Made by a program: the position numbers and the translations under genes. Positions 40,332-51,300 of a stretch of 64,000 nucleotides of DNA are shown piece after piece; position 1 is the stretch's first letter, and each line of letters opens with the position of its first letter. Source of the stretch: Aquirhabdus sp. (GTDB taxonomy: Bacteria > Pseudomonadota > Gammaproteobacteria > Pseudomonadales > Moraxellaceae); contig JASLGO010000049.1 in NCBI GenBank assembly GCA_030150135.1, positions 13,366 through 77,365 of the forward strand. The letters are read 5' to 3'. The notes beneath the pieces are model-generated. The model saw nothing but the letters and a program-made list of their open reading frames with translations, did no database searches and was not told the origin of the DNA.

Positions 40332-41816
40332 ATGAATAACCCGCTTCGTACTCAACATATTTTTCTAACACCTGTCGCGCTGGCCGTGATGCTGGTGACA
40401 GGCTGTGCATCGTTGCCTCATGCGGATTCCGCACCCAAATTGCGTGCTGCTCAAAACACTGATTTTGTTTCGGGTTCAACAGGTCAATGGCCAGCAGCAA
40501 CATGGTGGCAGGATTTGCATGATGCACAACTAGATCAGCTCATTACTCAAGCACTGAAAGATTCTCCAAGCATTGAGGTTGCACAGGCACGTGTGCTGCA
40601 AGCACAAGCTGTGACGGATAGTGCTGCTGCAAATCGCGGCATGAAACTGGATGCCAATGGATCATTAAGCCGCAATAAATACAGTTCCAATAGTTTCTAT
40701 CCACCGCCGATTGGTGGCAAGAGTTATTACGATGGTGAGTTGTCGCTGAATTTTTCCTATGACTTTGATTTTTGGGGACATAACCGTAAAGCATTGCAAG
40801 CGGCTTTAGGTCGTGAAACAGCAAGTCGTGCGGATGCGGCAGGCGCGGCGGCAGCTTTATCTGCCAGCGTTGCAAGTACTTATTATCAATGGCAAGTACT
40901 GAATCAGCGGATCGCAATTCAAGAACAGATTGCAGGTGAGCAGCGTCATTTGCTGGATATTGAGTTAAAACGTATGAAAGCGGGATTGTCTTCGGGTAAC
41001 AATGTTGCGCCATTACGCGCGAGTGTGGCTTTGCCTGAACAGACTTTGGTTCAACTGAAGTCTCAGCGTGATCAAGTGCTTTCACAATTAAAATCTTTGG
41101 TGGCGAGTGGTGCAGATTTCCCTGTATTACAAGCGCAGCCTTTACCGCAATTGAATGGTGAATTGCCTGCATCATTACCGCTTGATCTGATTGCTCGTCG
41201 TGCTGATACGGCAGCAGCGCGTGATCGAGTGCAGGCATCGTTGAAGGATGTCGAGTCGGCGCGGGCGGCATTTTATCCTGACGTGAATTTATTGGCATCT
41301 GTGGGACTGTCGAGTCTGTCGATGGGTCGTTTATTTTCATCCACCAGTGAGCAGGCTGGCGTGATGCCTGCGATTCATTTGCCGCTATTTGATTCAGGTC
41401 GCTTACATGCAAATCTGGATAGTAATCGTGCAGAAGTAGCACTTGCTGTCGCGCAATACAACCAGTCTGTGCAGAACGCGGTTACTGAGGTCAATGACGC
41501 TGAATTACGTGTGCAAAGTGCAAACAACGAGTTGTCACCACTGCAAAACCAAATTCAGGCGCGTCAGCATTCTCTTGAAAATACACAGAAACTGGTCAAG
41601 GCAGGTTTGCAAGATGGGAGTGCTTTAGCCACAGCCAAATTGCTCAAAACCAATCTGGAAGATCAGGAAATTGCACGACAAGGGCGTGCTTTGCAGGCGC
41701 ATATTGATTTGATTAAAGCGTTAGGCGGTGGTTTTACCGATCAAAGCCAAGATGATGTCAAACAGTCGTCAGGTCAAGAAACCGTTGCAAGCAATCAGCG
41801 ACATTCATCTACTTAA
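40332..41816 (+). CDS. efflux outer-membrane factor lipoprotein (NodT family)
   Basis: Lipobox VTGC, WWQDLHDAQLDQL, AAFYPDVNL, LPLFDSGRL, KALGGG. Confidence 0.9.
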   Translation: MNNPLRTQHIFLTPVALAVMLVTGCASLPHADSAPKLRAAQNTDFVSGSTGQWPAATWWQDLHDAQLDQLITQALKDSPSIEVAQARVLQAQAVTDSAAANRGMKLDANGSLSRNKYSSNSFYPPPIGGKSYYDGELSLNFSYDFDFWGHNRKALQAALGRETASRADAAGAAAALSASVASTYYQWQVLNQRIAIQEQIAGEQRHLLDIELKRMKAGLSSGNNVAPLRASVALPEQTLVQLKSQRDQVLSQLKSLVASGADFPVLQAQPLPQLNGELPASLPLDLIARRADTAAARDRVQASLKDVESARAAFYPDVNLLASVGLSSLSMGRLFSSTSEQAGVMPAIHLPLFDSGRLHANLDSNRAEVALAVAQYNQSVQNAVTEVNDAELRVQSANNELSPLQNQIQARQHSLENTQKLVKAGLQDGSALATAKLLKTNLEDQEIARQGRALQAHIDLIKALGGGFTDQSQDDVKQSSGQETVASNQRHSST

Positions 41817-41874
41817 TCAAAAAGCATAAGCCAAATTCATCAGCAAAAGCTCGACCCAAATTCTGGAGTACATC

Positions 41875-43092
41875 ATGGCTGAACAACAAAATACTCAAGC
41901 AGCAACGACGACCGAACCTGCTGCACCAAACGGTAAACGTAAGCGCGTTCTCTTTGTGATGGCGACAATTTTTATCCTGATTGCCGTGCTATATGCGCTG
42001 TATTACTTCCTCTATGCTCAATTTCGTGAAGAAACTGACGATGCCTATGTGAATGGCAATTTGGTCTATATCAATTCACAAGTGAGCGGTACAGTGGTTG
42101 CACTCGGTGCGGATGATACTCAGCCTGTCAAAGCAGGGCAGTCGCTCATTACTTTGGAAGGTTCGGACAGTACGGTTGCACTGGCAAATTCGGAAGCCAA
42201 ACTCGCGCAAACTGTACGTCAAATCCGTCAACAGTATCGTTCAACCGATGAAGCCAGTGCGGTCGTTGCTCAACGTCAGACTGAACTTAATCGTGCGACA
42301 GATGACCTGAATCGTCGCCAACAATTGGTTGGCTCAGATGCGATTACTGCGGAAGATTTGGCTCATGCGAAAGCAGCAGTTGCGACTGCAAAAGACGCTT
42401 TGACGGTTGCTCAGAAACAATTAGAGTCTTCTCAAGCATCGGTTGAGGGAACCACGCTTAGTCAACATCCTGCTGTATTGCAGGCACGCGCTGAATTTAC
42501 TCAAGCGTATCTGGCAGAACAGCGTAATGTGATTCCATCGCCAATTGACGGTTATGTGGCACGTCGTTCTGTGCAGATCGGTCAGCGTGTTGCTCCAGGA
42601 AATAATCTCATGGCAATCGTGCCGCTCCATGCGCTGTGGGTTGATGCCAATCTGAAAGAAATGCAATTACAGAATGTCCGTATTGGTCAACCTGCGACGG
42701 TGATTGCTGATATTTACGGTAGTCATGTGGAATATCATGGCAAAGTCGTTGGGATTGCGGCAGGGACAGGCGGTGCGTTCTCGTTACTCCCACCACAAAA
42801 TGCTGTCGGGAACTGGATTAAAGTTGTTCAGCGTATTCCTGTGCGTATCGCGCTGGATGCCAATGATTTAAACAAATATCCATTGCGAATTGGCATGTCG
42901 ACTACGGTCAAAATTGATACTCACGATCGTCAAGGTTCTGTGTTGAGCGCTCTGCCAATTGCCAATGCACCGATGACAACGCCTGTGTTTGATGCACAAT
43001 TAAAAGATGCAGAAACGAAAGCTAATGCCATTATTGCGCGTGAAGCGGGCAGTGATCAAAAAGGTAGCAGCCAAACAGGTAATGCGCCATGA
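41875..43092 (+). CDS. emrA: EmrA/HlyD-family membrane fusion protein
   Basis: TDDAYVNGN, WVDANLKE, FSLLPPQNAVGNWIKVVQRIPVRI. Confidence 0.92.
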   Translation: MAEQQNTQAATTTEPAAPNGKRKRVLFVMATIFILIAVLYALYYFLYAQFREETDDAYVNGNLVYINSQVSGTVVALGADDTQPVKAGQSLITLEGSDSTVALANSEAKLAQTVRQIRQQYRSTDEASAVVAQRQTELNRATDDLNRRQQLVGSDAITAEDLAHAKAAVATAKDALTVAQKQLESSQASVEGTTLSQHPAVLQARAEFTQAYLAEQRNVIPSPIDGYVARRSVQIGQRVAPGNNLMAIVPLHALWVDANLKEMQLQNVRIGQPATVIADIYGSHVEYHGKVVGIAAGTGGAFSLLPPQNAVGNWIKVVQRIPVRIALDANDLNKYPLRIGMSTTVKIDTHDRQGSVLSALPIANAPMTTPVFDAQLKDAETKANAIIAREAGSDQKGSSQTGNAP

Positions 43093-44651
43093 GTACCTCT
43101 GCGGCGGCAGCGCAATCTCAGCCTGAGCCACAGTATTTTAAAGGTGCATCGCTCATTATTCTGACGATTGCCATGGCGGTCGCAACCTTTATGGAAGTGT
43201 TGGATACAGCGATTGCCAATGTGTCTGTACCGACAATTGCTGGGAATCTGGCAACCAGTCCCAATCAGGGGACTTGGGTCGTGTCATCTTATGGTCTGGC
43301 TGCGGCGATCGCCGTGCCGCTGACAGGCTGGATTGCCAATCGTTTTGGGCAAGTCCGTGTGTTTTTGATTTCGATTATTTTATTTACACTGACTTCAGCG
43401 TTGTGTGGTCTGGCAGATAGCTTGCCGATGCTGGTGAGTTTTCGGTTTCTACAAGGTTTAGTTTCTGGACCCATGGTGCCTTTGTCACAAACCTTATTGT
43501 TAGCAAACTATCCGCCGCATCGCCGCGGCGTTGCGATGGCGATCTGGGCAATGACTGTCGTGGTTGCGCCAATCTTTGGACCATTGCTCGGTGGTTATAT
43601 CACCGACAATATGACTTGGCCATGGATTTTTTATATCAATGTGCCGATTGGTTTGCTGGCAGCATTTATTACCTATACATTCTTAAGAAAAAGAGAAACT
43701 CCAACCCAAAAATTACCGATTGATATTGTGGGTATTGTGTTGCTTGTCCTCGGTGTGGGCAGCCTACAACTCATGCTGGATAATGGTAATGATCTGGATT
43801 GGTTTAGCTCTAATATCATTGTTGCACTGTGCGTGACATCGATTACCGCGTTAGCGTTCTTTGTGGCGTGGGAGTTGACGGATAAACATCCGATTGTTGA
43901 TCTGACACTGTTGAAACATCGTAATTTCCGTTACGGTGTTCTGGCATTGTCGTTCGGGTTTATGGCGTTTTTTGGTCTGAATGTAATGTTTCCGCTGTGG
44001 TTACAGACCGTGATGAATTACACGCCGACATGGGCGGGGATTGCGACTGCACCTGTGGGAATCTTTGCACTCTTGTTCTCACCTGTGGTGGGTAAAAACA
44101 TTAATCGCCTAGATTTGCGATTGGTAGCGACTGCGTCTTTCATCATTTTTGGTGGAACAGCGTATTGGTTTTCCAAGTTTAATTTGGATACCTCGTTGAG
44201 TCATTTGATTCCGCCTCGGATGATTCAGGGCTTTGCCATTGCGTGTTTCTTTGTGCCGATTAATACCATCATTCTTTCAGGGATTACTCCAGACAAAATG
44301 GCTGCGGCATCAGGTCTGGCGAACTTCTTTCGCACCATTTCAGGAAGTTTTGGAACAGCGTTGGTGGTGATGATTTTGTCACATCGTTCCGAGGAGCATC
44401 AGATTCGCCTTGGAGAATATATCTCACCAACGAATCAGCAGTTTACGGAGTACATGGATAAGTTGAAATCCTTTGGTATGTCAACAGATACTGCCTATGC
44501 CCAAGTACAAAATCTGATTACTCAGCAGAGTTTGATGATGGCAACTCGTGATATTTTCTGGCTATGCTCGGTGTTGTTTATTTGTTTGATCGGTGTGATC
44601 TGGCTGACCAAACCGCCATTTGCCACGGGTGGTGGTGGGGGTGGGCATTGA
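43089..44651 (+). CDS. emrB: EmrB/QacA DHA2 MFS transporter
   Basis: TFMEVLDTAIANV, WPWIFYINVPIG, C-terminal GGGGGGH; ATGA overlap with emrA. Confidence 0.93.
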   Translation: MSTSAAAAQSQPEPQYFKGASLIILTIAMAVATFMEVLDTAIANVSVPTIAGNLATSPNQGTWVVSSYGLAAAIAVPLTGWIANRFGQVRVFLISIILFTLTSALCGLADSLPMLVSFRFLQGLVSGPMVPLSQTLLLANYPPHRRGVAMAIWAMTVVVAPIFGPLLGGYITDNMTWPWIFYINVPIGLLAAFITYTFLRKRETPTQKLPIDIVGIVLLVLGVGSLQLMLDNGNDLDWFSSNIIVALCVTSITALAFFVAWELTDKHPIVDLTLLKHRNFRYGVLALSFGFMAFFGLNVMFPLWLQTVMNYTPTWAGIATAPVGIFALLFSPVVGKNINRLDLRLVATASFIIFGGTAYWFSKFNLDTSLSHLIPPRMIQGFAIACFFVPINTIILSGITPDKMAAASGLANFFRTISGSFGTALVVMILSHRSEEHQIRLGEYISPTNQQFTEYMDKLKSFGMSTDTAYAQVQNLITQQSLMMATRDIFWLCSVLFICLIGVIWLTKPPFATGGGGGGH

Positions 44652-44697
44652 GGTCATTTGATCTCAAGATGTGCGCGGACTTTATTACAATCTTGAT

Positions 44698-44726
44698 TTG
44701 ACCACTGGTGGTAAATTCAGTAATGT
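44698..44726 (+). promoter_or_regulatory. sigma-70 promoter directly before czcI-like ATG
   Basis: TTGACC-N17-TAATGT, then 7 nt to ATG at 44734; no SD. Confidence 0.55.
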
Positions 44727-44733
44727 TCGCGCC

Positions 44734-45228
44734 ATGAAAAGTGTCCTAGTCGCCTTACTGATGATTTTACTGCCACTTCAGCTATGCTGGAGTGCAGCAG
44801 CGATGTTTTGTCAGCATGAAACAGGAATGCAGGCGCGTTGGCATTGGGGACATCATTTGCATGTACTGGATGCTTCATGTCGCTATGAAATAGGATTTGC
44901 TGATCAATCAAAACCGCATTTAGATCAGCAGCAGTCATCAACCCAACAAGAATCAGCCCAGCAAAAAGCAGATAGTCAGAGCTTATTTGCAAAGGATGAA
45001 CATTCCAAAAAACAATCTGAGCAAACTCAAAATAATAAACATGTCGTCATGTTGATCCATCATGGCGATCATATTCCAGAAAATTTACCGATCATTAAAC
45101 CAATTCCGCTATGGGCAGATGAGGCATTGGATATTGTTGATCTGACAAAACAATTTGCTGTATTCCACAATTTTTATCAATCTCCAATACTGGAACAACC
45201 AGATCCTCCCTTATGGATTGCCGCCTAA
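44734..45228 (+). CDS. czcI: CzcI-like His-rich protein
   Basis: LLPLQLCWSAAAMFCQHE..HWGHHLH N-terminus, C-terminal PDPPLW; upstream of czcCBA. Confidence 0.75.
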   Translation: MKSVLVALLMILLPLQLCWSAAAMFCQHETGMQARWHWGHHLHVLDASCRYEIGFADQSKPHLDQQQSSTQQESAQQKADSQSLFAKDEHSKKQSEQTQNNKHVVMLIHHGDHIPENLPIIKPIPLWADEALDIVDLTKQFAVFHNFYQSPILEQPDPPLWIAA

Positions 45229-45230
45229 AC

Positions 45231-45584
45231 CAGATAGGTTAAGGTCGGTTCATTAGTTTCATAGATTACAACGTCGCCTACAAATTGGCTGTCATATTGC
45301 TATGTATGCGTTAACAGTTGAACTTGAACAATCCTGAATGCTTGTCTTCTTTCCTTTCAAGGCATGTATCTACAAATTTTAATAGGTTGATTTTGCTGAT
45401 GCTTTCAAATCTCCCCTTGCCCCTCTTTTTCTAAAGAGGGGCAAGGGCTCCTTCCTTTAGAAAAGGAAGGTTGGGATGGATTTGATAGGCATACGATCAA
45501 TAAACCTTAGAAAATGTGTAGATACATGCCTTGAAGAGGAAGACTGCAAAGCAAAATCAATGAATTAACGCTTAGTCCTATCTG
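45231..45584. repeat. large nested inverted-repeat structure containing a REP-like pair
   Basis: CAGATAGG/CCTATCTG outer arms; perfect 19-bp IR 45356-45374/45517-45535; 15-bp hairpin 45414-45447; 9-bp hairpin 45450-45470. Confidence 0.85.
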
Positions 45585-45634
45585 ATGATTTGTATGTTTT
45601 TTCATCATTTCTAATTTGGGATTAGGCAAATATT

Positions 45635-47077
45635 ATGATTCTACGATCAACGGGTGTATGTACACCGATGGTGCTATGGAGCGTATTAATCGCTCCGCAA
45701 GTGGCATGGGCTGAACCGACCATATCAAAATCGGTAATCTCGCCCGCAATGTTAAAATCAACCACGTTGGCATCAACCTTATTAACCCCGCCACTTCCAG
45801 CGCATTCTGCGGATACTTCCGAAGTTTTGCTCAGCTTGCAGCAAGCGCAGATGTGGGCGCAGCAATCTCAGACTTTACAATCGTTTTGGCAGCAGCGACA
45901 GGCAGTCGCACAAGCCAACGTGACACAAAGTCTTGTATGGCAAAACCCAGAGTTATCAATCGGCCAAACGGGATTTCATCGTAATACTGAGCTTGAGTTC
46001 AGTGTCAGCATTTCTCAAAAATTGGATGTATTTGGCGAACGTGCTGCCAGAGAGCAGCTGGCACGTATTCAGCTCCAGCAGTCAGACCTTGCTCAATTGA
46101 GTGATACCGCACAGTTACAGCTCGCGGTGACGGCAGAATATTGGCAACTAGCGCAAGCTGAGTGGGTGTTACAACTGGGCAACCATCAAGCGCAACTCAG
46201 CCAGCAGGCGTTAAATGTGGCACAAAAACGACTCGATGCTGGGCGTATTGCTGCACTTGATTACGATAAAATTCTGATTGCGCATCAGCAACAGCAACGT
46301 GATTTACAGCGGATGAACTCCGACCAACAAATCGCGCACGATCAACTCGCTCAATTCTGGGAAGCGGTACAGCCATTTTCAGGGACAGGGCAACCGTTAC
46401 AGTTTCCCATTCTTGATCAATCACTGTCCAAAATTGATGACAACAATGATTTATTTCAGCAACAACTGAGACAGCAACAACAGCTTGCTCAGGCTGAACT
46501 TTCTCTCGCAAAAATTCGCACCAAACCGCAGCCGACGGTGAGCCTTGGCTATGTCGAACGGCGTGAGGCAGTCTTGCAGAGCGATCAAAAAACGCAACGG
46601 ATTATGCTGGGTGTGTCTATACCTTTGCCATTATTCAATCGTCATCAGGGCGTGGTGCAGGCGCAACAGGCCTTGCAGCAGATGAGTATGTCGCAACGTG
46701 AATTGGAGCTGCGTTTACGTCAGCAGCGGATGCAGCAGACATGGCGAACTTTGCAGGCATTACAGCAGCAATATCAGATTCTGACGACCCAACAAATGCC
46801 TCTTGCAGAGCAAATTCAGCAAAAAACTTTGACTGGATTTGAAGTGGGTAAATTGTCCGTGTTGGATGTGCAGCAGGCGATGCGGGACTATCAGCAATTG
46901 CAGGCTGAACAATTACAAATACTGGCACAAGCATGGCAAGGCATGCTGACGTTACAGGCGATACGCTTAGGTGTGTCGAATCCAGAATCATTGATCACGC
47001 CCAATAGTCGGTATGCGCTGAATAATCAAATTCTGCAATCGGGCAAAGCGCTCGTTTTACCTGTAACTGGAGAGTGA
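45635..47077 (+). CDS. czcC: CzcC/TolC-family outer-membrane efflux protein
   Basis: NPELS, GVSIPLPLFNRHQG, GFEVGKLSVLDV; first gene of the CBA cluster. Confidence 0.85.
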   Translation: MILRSTGVCTPMVLWSVLIAPQVAWAEPTISKSVISPAMLKSTTLASTLLTPPLPAHSADTSEVLLSLQQAQMWAQQSQTLQSFWQQRQAVAQANVTQSLVWQNPELSIGQTGFHRNTELEFSVSISQKLDVFGERAAREQLARIQLQQSDLAQLSDTAQLQLAVTAEYWQLAQAEWVLQLGNHQAQLSQQALNVAQKRLDAGRIAALDYDKILIAHQQQQRDLQRMNSDQQIAHDQLAQFWEAVQPFSGTGQPLQFPILDQSLSKIDDNNDLFQQQLRQQQQLAQAELSLAKIRTKPQPTVSLGYVERREAVLQSDQKTQRIMLGVSIPLPLFNRHQGVVQAQQALQQMSMSQRELELRLRQQRMQQTWRTLQALQQQYQILTTQQMPLAEQIQQKTLTGFEVGKLSVLDVQQAMRDYQQLQAEQLQILAQAWQGMLTLQAIRLGVSNPESLITPNSRYALNNQILQSGKALVLPVTGE

Positions 47078-48357
47078 TCATGATTAAAAATATTTCAAAG
47101 CTTTCAAAATTTCCTAAGCAAGGATTAATGGTCTGTATCGTGGTTGTGGTGACGTTGATTCTCGCAGTGATCATTTTGCGTGATCAATCGTCTGGATCAA
47201 CTGAAAAAACGGATGCAGCTAAAAAACCGTCAACACCATCTGAACAGGCTCAATCTTCACAAGCCCAGTCCGCACAAGATGCTCATGGAGATGATCATTC
47301 GCAAACAGAAAAACAGGAACTGACCTTTACGCCTCAACAATGGTCTGAACAACCACTGACTGTCGAAAAAGCGAGCCTTGGACAGATCAATTCATCCATG
47401 ACATTGCCTGCACGAATTACGGTAAATACTGATCAGCAAGCGCATGTCTCCGCAGGGTTTTCAGGACGTGTAGATGCCGTCTATGTTCATAGCGGACAGC
47501 AGGTGAAACATGGGCAGCCATTAGCCAGTTTGCTGGTGCCAGAGCTGGTTGATTTACAAAGCACGATGCAAATTCTGCAAAGCAAACAAGCCTTGGCAGA
47601 AGATAGCTACCAGCGTGAGAAGCAGTTGTGGCAACAAGGGATTTCTGCCAAACAGGATTATTTGAGTGCACAAAGTACTTATCGTCAGGCGCAGATTGAA
47701 GTACAAGCTGCTAACTTTCGCTTAAAGGCATATGGCGCTGCGTCAAATAGTCAGGGGCGGTTTATTTTGAAATCACCGATTAATGGCGTCATCAGTAGTA
47801 AAGATTTAGTGATTGGAGAAACCATTCAGGCGGCGCAGCAAATATTTGTTATAGACCAACTTAATCAACTGTGGCTTGAGTTTCCTGTCCCTGATCAACT
47901 GGTCAATGGATTTAATGTGCAATCGACTGTACAAGTTGATTTACCTGATCTAATGCATACCTCGACAACTGCCAAGATCATGAGTCTGACACCGACAGCG
48001 GATGCACAAACAGGACGAGTCATTGCAAGAGCAATTCTGCGGAATGACAACCTACAGTTCCGTCCCAATATGCTGGTCAATGTACAAGTGCCGCAGACAG
48101 ATGGGACAAAGCCAACTCTCATGGTTGATGCACAATCCATACAGAATTATCAGCAACAATCGGTGGTCTTTGTTGTGGAGCACAAAGCCAATCAAATTCA
48201 TGTGATCCCGCGTCCTGTACGCGTGGGACGATTCAGTCATGATCAGAAACAGGCTGAGTTATTGGAAGGGTTACAGGTTGGTGAGCAATATGTGGGGCAG
48301 GGCAGTTTTTTATTGAAATCTGAACTGGAAAAAGGGGAGGCTGGTCATGATCACTAA
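47074..48357 (+). CDS. czcB: CzcB heavy-metal RND membrane fusion protein
   Basis: LWQQGISAKQDY, SPINGVI, GSFLLKSELEKGEAGHDH C-terminus. Confidence 0.9.
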   Translation: MIMIKNISKLSKFPKQGLMVCIVVVVTLILAVIILRDQSSGSTEKTDAAKKPSTPSEQAQSSQAQSAQDAHGDDHSQTEKQELTFTPQQWSEQPLTVEKASLGQINSSMTLPARITVNTDQQAHVSAGFSGRVDAVYVHSGQQVKHGQPLASLLVPELVDLQSTMQILQSKQALAEDSYQREKQLWQQGISAKQDYLSAQSTYRQAQIEVQAANFRLKAYGAASNSQGRFILKSPINGVISSKDLVIGETIQAAQQIFVIDQLNQLWLEFPVPDQLVNGFNVQSTVQVDLPDLMHTSTTAKIMSLTPTADAQTGRVIARAILRNDNLQFRPNMLVNVQVPQTDGTKPTLMVDAQSIQNYQQQSVVFVVEHKANQIHVIPRPVRVGRFSHDQKQAELLEGLQVGEQYVGQGSFLLKSELEKGEAGHDH

Positions 48358-51300
48358 TAAAGATCAACAGGCTGCCACTCAAGATCATTTGTCGCTGCAA
48401 AAGGGCTGGTTTGACCAACTGATTGGGTGGTCTATCCAAATGCGAGTCTGGATCATGTTGGCAATGTGTGGGCTCATTGGATTAGGCATTTACAGCTATC
48501 AGCAATTGCCTATCGATGCTGTGCCTGACATTACTAATGTCCAAGTGCAAATTAATACACAAGCGGGAGGGTTTACGGCGCAGGAAGTCGAACAGCGGAT
48601 TACGTATCCGATTGAAACCGCAATGGCAGGGCTCCCTACGCTAGAACAAACTCGCTCGTTATCACGTTATGGATTGTCTCAGGTTACGGTGATTTTTAAG
48701 GAAGGGACAGACATTTATTGGGCGCGTCAGTTGATTAACCAGCGTTTACAGGAGGCAGTCAGTCAATTGCCGAATGAGATTAAGCCTAGTCTGGCTCCGA
48801 TCTCGACTGGATTAGGTGAAATCTATCAGTGGGTGTTGACGACACAACCCGATGCCAAAAAGCCCGATGGCACACCGTACCAATCAACGGATTTACGGGA
48901 ATTACAGGATTGGGTTGTGCGTCCACAAATTCAGCAAGTCTCAGGCGTTGCAGAGGTGAATAGTATCGGCGGCTACCAGAAACAATATGTGGTTTCTCCC
49001 GACTTTCAGGCTCTCCAGCGTTATGGTCTGACGCTGGAGGATTTAGAGCAGGCGTTGGTCAATAACAACGACAATCGTGGGGCGGGATTATTGGCTCGTA
49101 ATGGCCAGCAATTCGCGGTGCGTGTGCCTGCACAATTGAACACAGTGAATGATATTGCCAATGTCGTGGTACAAAATCGCAGTGGTGCGGTCATTCGTCT
49201 GGGGGATTTGGCACAGGTCGAAATTGGGCAGGAAATTCGCACGGGCGCAGCAACGCTGAACGGTCAGGAAACGGTATTGGGCACTGCCATGATGCTGACA
49301 GGCGCTAACAGTCGGATTGTGGCACACGCTGTCGATCAGAAGATCAAACAGGTACGGCAAAGTTTACCGAAAGGTGTGGTGTTGGAAACAGTGTATAACC
49401 GCACAACATTGGTCGATAAAGCCATTGCTACTGTGCAAAAAAACTTGCTTGAGGGTGCGCTATTGGTGGTTGCGGTTTTATTTCTGTTTCTGGGAAATAT
49501 TCGCGCGGCACTGATTACGGCGTGTGTCATTCCATTGTCGATGTTATTGACGTTCATTGGTATGGTGCAGCAAGGCATTAGTGCGAATCTGATGAGTTTG
49601 GGGGCGCTTGATTTTGGCATTATCATCGATGGTGCGGTGGTGATTGTTGAGAACTGTATTCGTCGTCTGGCGCATGAGCAAGAGCAGCGTGGGCGCCTAC
49701 TGACTAGGCAAGAACGGTTTCAACAGGTTTTTCTCGCAGCGCAGCAAGCACGTCGCCCGTTGATTTTTGGACAATTGATTATTCTGGTGGTGTATCTGCC
49801 GATATTTGCGCTGACAGGAGTGGAAGCAAAGCTTTTTCATCCAATGGCAGCGACGGTCGTGATTGCGCTGATCAGTGCAATGATTTTGTCGGTAACCTTT
49901 GTGCCAGCGGCAGTCGCATTATGGGTGACAGGCAAAGTACAGGAAAAAGAAAATCATCTGATGCAACGCGCTAAACAAGCCTATCTGCATGTGTTGGATG
50001 CGGCGTATGCCTATCGCACAGTTCTTGTGACGTTAGCAATAGCTATGCTGATCCTCACTGGATTACTCGCTAGCAAAATGGGCAGTGAGTTTGCTCCGAC
50101 ATTAAGCGAAGGTGACTTTGCCTTAGAAATTAAGCGTGCTCCAGGGGCTGATGTTGAGCAATCTGTGGCGATGCAGCAGTGGATGGAGCGTTCATTGCGT
50201 GCACAGTTTCCTGAAATTAAGAATATTTTTTCTAGAATTGGCACCGCTGAGGTGGCTAATGATCCGATGCCTCCCAATAGTTCTGACGGTTATATTTTGC
50301 TGAAACCTGCGTCAGAGTGGCCAAATCCACAGGAGACATTGGCTGATCTCAAGACGCGTTTACAGCAAGTGGTTGAACATCAACTGGGAACAGTAAGTGA
50401 ATTTTCTCAGCCGATTGAACTGCGTTTTAATGAACTGATTTCAGGGGTGCGCAGTGATGTCGGCATTAAAGTCTATGGTGATGATCTGGATGTTTTGAAT
50501 CAAACTGCTCAGAGCATTGCGGCTCGTGTGCGACAAGTGCGTGGTGCAAGTGAGGTTCAGGTTGAACAAACCAGTGGATTGCCGTTATTGAGTGTGCAGA
50601 TTAACCCTACGGCAGCGGCGATGTATGGGTTAAGCGCGCAAACGATTCAAGATGTGGTTGCCACTGCGATCGGTGGGCGAAATGTCGGAAAAATTCTACA
50701 GGGAGATCGTCGTTTTGATTTAGTGATTCGTCAGAATCAGCAGTCACAGTCTCCAGAATACATTGCGCAACTGCCAATTCGTCTGGCAAATGGTGGTGTG
50801 ATTCCTTTGGCTCAAGTCGCAACAGTCAAAACCGTTTTGGGTGTGAACCAAATGACCCGAGAAAATGGCAAGCGCCGCGTTGTAGTGACTGCGAATGTCA
50901 AAGATCGTGATCTAGGCTCATTTGTTCAGGATATTCAACAAGCAATGTCTGATATGGATTTACCCGCAGGCTATTGGTTGGGATATGGTGGGCAATTTGA
51001 AAATCTACAATCCGCCAAAGCACGGATGCTCTGGGTGGTGCCAATCGCATTATTGCTGGTGTTGGCATTGCTGGTTGCCGTGTTCAATAATGTGCGTGAT
51101 AGCCTTCTTGTCTTTAGCGGTGTGCCATTGGCATTGACTGGTGGGGTGGTCGCGTTATGGTTGCGCGATATTCCATTTTCCATGTCGGCTGGGGTGGGGT
51201 TTATTGCCTTGTCTGGAGTCGCGGTACTCAATGGTCTGGTGATGCTGACATTTATCCGTGAGTTACGTGAGCAGATGGATGTGGTGAGCGCCACATGGCA

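Noticed and set aside
40543..41442. 299-aa antisense ORF inside the efflux OMF gene
   Set aside because: Fully overlaps a well-supported gene and has no recognisable motif.
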